Position numbers and translations under genes: made by a program. The notes under the pieces are model-generated. The model saw only the letters and a program-made list of their open reading frames with translations, had not been told where the DNA came from and did not search any database. From assembly GCA_963713825.1 (NCBI GenBank), contig CAVQNG010000004.1:128001-192000 (forward strand): a DNA stretch of 64,000 nucleotides. The letters are read 5' to 3'. Positions 62,404-64,000 of this stretch are shown piece by piece; the first letter of the stretch is position 1, and each line of letters begins with the position of its first letter. This stretch comes from an uncultured Acidobacteriota bacterium. GTDB taxonomy: Bacteria; Acidobacteriota; Thermoanaerobaculia; Multivoradales; JAHEKO01.

Positions 62404-63675
62404 CAACATCTCGCGGGCCGTGGCCGCTTCAGGATCATTGGGAGCCAACTCCAGGAATCGCTCCAACAGCTCTTTAGCCTTGACCGTGTCACCCTTGCCT
62501 AGATAGCAGAGACTCAGCATGTAGTGGGCTTGGCCGTTTTCGGGCTGGGCATCGACCACCTTCTCGAAAATCCCCTGAGCCTGTTCAGCCTCCCCGCTGT
62601 TGAAGTACGACACGCCAAGGTCCATCAGGACTCCACTGATGAACTGAGGGTCGCCTGCCTTCAGGGCTTCGAACATCGCTTCCGCCTCGTCGTCCTTGCC
62701 CTGAGCGCGCAGAGCCAGGAACATGACGCCCATCGCCTCGTAGTAATTGGGATCGATCTCCAGCGCTCGGCGACCGTTCTCGACGCTTTCGTCGAACCGG
62801 CCCAGGTCGAAATAGACCCGCGTGAGGGCCGAATAGGACGCCACAAGCTCAGGCGCCATCGTCTTGGCAGCCTCGAAGTCGGCAGCTGCCCCTTCGAGGT
62901 CTCGGGCCTCGGTCTTTGTAACGCCGCGATTGAAGACCCGTCGGGCCGTATCAGGCCCCGGGCTCCTTTCCACCAGGGTATCCAAGACTCTGTATTGGTT
63001 TTCAACATCGCCCAGGGCCCGATACGAGTCGTACTGGATCTCGAGGTTCATGGTTTCGTCCGGGTTGATCTCCAAGGCCTTCTGCGCTTCGGAAGCGGCC
63101 CCTTCCCAGTTCTCTTGCCGGAGATAAGTCATCGCCAGCGCCATGTGCACCTCTGCCAGCCCGGGCTCCAGAACTACGACCTCCTCGAAGTTCGCCGCCG
63201 CAGTCTCCAGATCACCTGCCGCATAGGCTTCGGCGCCTTTTTCGTACAGCCTACCGGCCTGTCCTCGGGCGACGCCACCAGAGGCAGGGGCAGCAGCCGA
63301 AGAGGGGCTCGAGCTCCCCCCGCTCGGCGGTCCTCCCGATCCCGGCACCATCGTCCACTCACGACGCATCGTGTCGCCGAGAGGGAGACGGAGCGGCTCC
63401 TCGATGGTCTGAAAACCGTCTTTTTCCATACGAAGCAGATAGTCCTTGGTCGCGTCCAGGAGCAGCAGCGTGAACTTGCCCTTCTTGTTGGTAGTTCTCT
63501 CTTGCGTGACATCGAAGCCCACGCCCGTCACCTTTATCTGGACATCGACGATCGGGTTGCCGTCGGGATCGACGATGCTGCCAACGAGTCGCCCTTCGTT
63601 ACCCGCCCAGAGCGGGACTGTCATCAGAAAGGACAGCGCCACAACCAGCAATGACGAGGTTCTCTTGGAATTCAT
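62392..63675 (-). CDS. Secreted carboxypeptidase-regulatory-like domain + TPR protein
   Basis: Signal peptide, GSIVDPDGNPI..TNKKGKF, Ser/Pro linker, multiple TPRs. Confidence 0.88.
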   Translation of the reverse strand: MNSKRTSSLLVVALSFLMTVPLWAGNEGRLVGSIVDPDGNPIVDVQIKVTGVGFDVTQERTTNKKGKFTLLLLDATKDYLLRMEKDGFQTIEEPLRLPLGDTMRREWTMVPGSGGPPSGGSSSPSSAAAPASGGVARGQAGRLYEKGAEAYAAGDLETAAANFEEVVVLEPGLAEVHMALAMTYLRQENWEGAASEAQKALEINPDETMNLEIQYDSYRALGDVENQYRVLDTLVERSPGPDTARRVFNRGVTKTEARDLEGAAADFEAAKTMAPELVASYSALTRVYFDLGRFDESVENGRRALEIDPNYYEAMGVMFLALRAQGKDDEAEAMFEALKAGDPQFISGVLMDLGVSYFNSGEAEQAQGIFEKVVDAQPENGQAHYMLSLCYLGKGDTVKAKELLERFLELAPNDPEAATAREMLSTL

Positions 63676-63706
63676 GGGTCTCCCTCCTCCTTGCAGAAAA
63701 TCATTC

Positions 63707-64000
63707 CTAGCCCTGCGATTCTATGTCGAGCGAGGCCTGAAATTCGAGCAGTTGTTGCTCGAGCTCGACCGTTCGGGGTTCGTCTGGCGCAATGCTCTGA
63801 GCTCTCTGCAGCCAACGCCGGGCTTTCCTCGATTTACCACTGGCAAGGGCCCAGCCCCCGCGCGCGGCCCAGGTCTCTGCCAGTTCCTCGCCGACTTTCG
63901 AGGCCCTCTTGTAGAAGCGGCCTGCCTCATCCAATCTATGCGAGGCTAGGCTCTGATCTCCCAACTCCAGGTAGAGAAAGGGATTCCTGTTGTCTCTTCG
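63707..64000 (-). CDS. TPR protein, C-terminal part (truncated by window)
   Basis: Frame open to the window edge: RRDNRNPFLYLELGD...AGRFYKRA...AETWAARG. Confidence 0.7.
   Translation of the reverse strand, partial: RRDNRNPFLYLELGDQSLASHRLDEAGRFYKRASKVGEELAETWAARGGWALASGKSRKARRWLQRAQSIAPDEPRTVELEQQLLEFQASLDIESQG

Overview
GC-rich bacterial chromosome segment. The Kdo/LPS genes indicate a diderm; gene content and the TPR/ECF families suggest Acidobacteriota, possibly Thermoanaerobaculia (inference). Most of it is housekeeping: kdsB-pyrG-kdsA-kdsD-kdsC, tatA/B-tatC, an S41 protease, an HDAC-family deacetylase, rpmG, three tRNAs (Asp, Val, CAT anticodon), tilS-hpt-like-ftsH-folP-cdaA-cdaR-glmM-pdxJ, a sigma54 response regulator, recD2, an ECF/anti-sigma operon, glnA, a TCA cluster (icd, sucCD, ndk, pcnB, sdhCAB) interleaved with a membrane PP2C phosphatase and a Ser/Thr kinase, mqnD, an aconitase-family fusion, ftcD, SRAP and TPR proteins. 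The most unusual part is 56.8-61.7 kb (- strand). There, a 25-aa ORF absent from the ORF track (MSFMKFIMVLFGFGSNAGAQIDPHG, with its own RBS and promoter) precedes two tandem pairs of an ECF sigma factor and a zinc-anti-sigma/TPR protein, a candidate peptide-sensing ECF system. Both TPR genes are broken by dense indels, from either decay or assembly error. Other oddities are an Hpt homologue and a cyanophycinase-like protein lacking catalytic residues, and a G-rich 8-mer repeat family at convergent gene junctions. No CRISPR array, rRNA or clear mobile element was seen.
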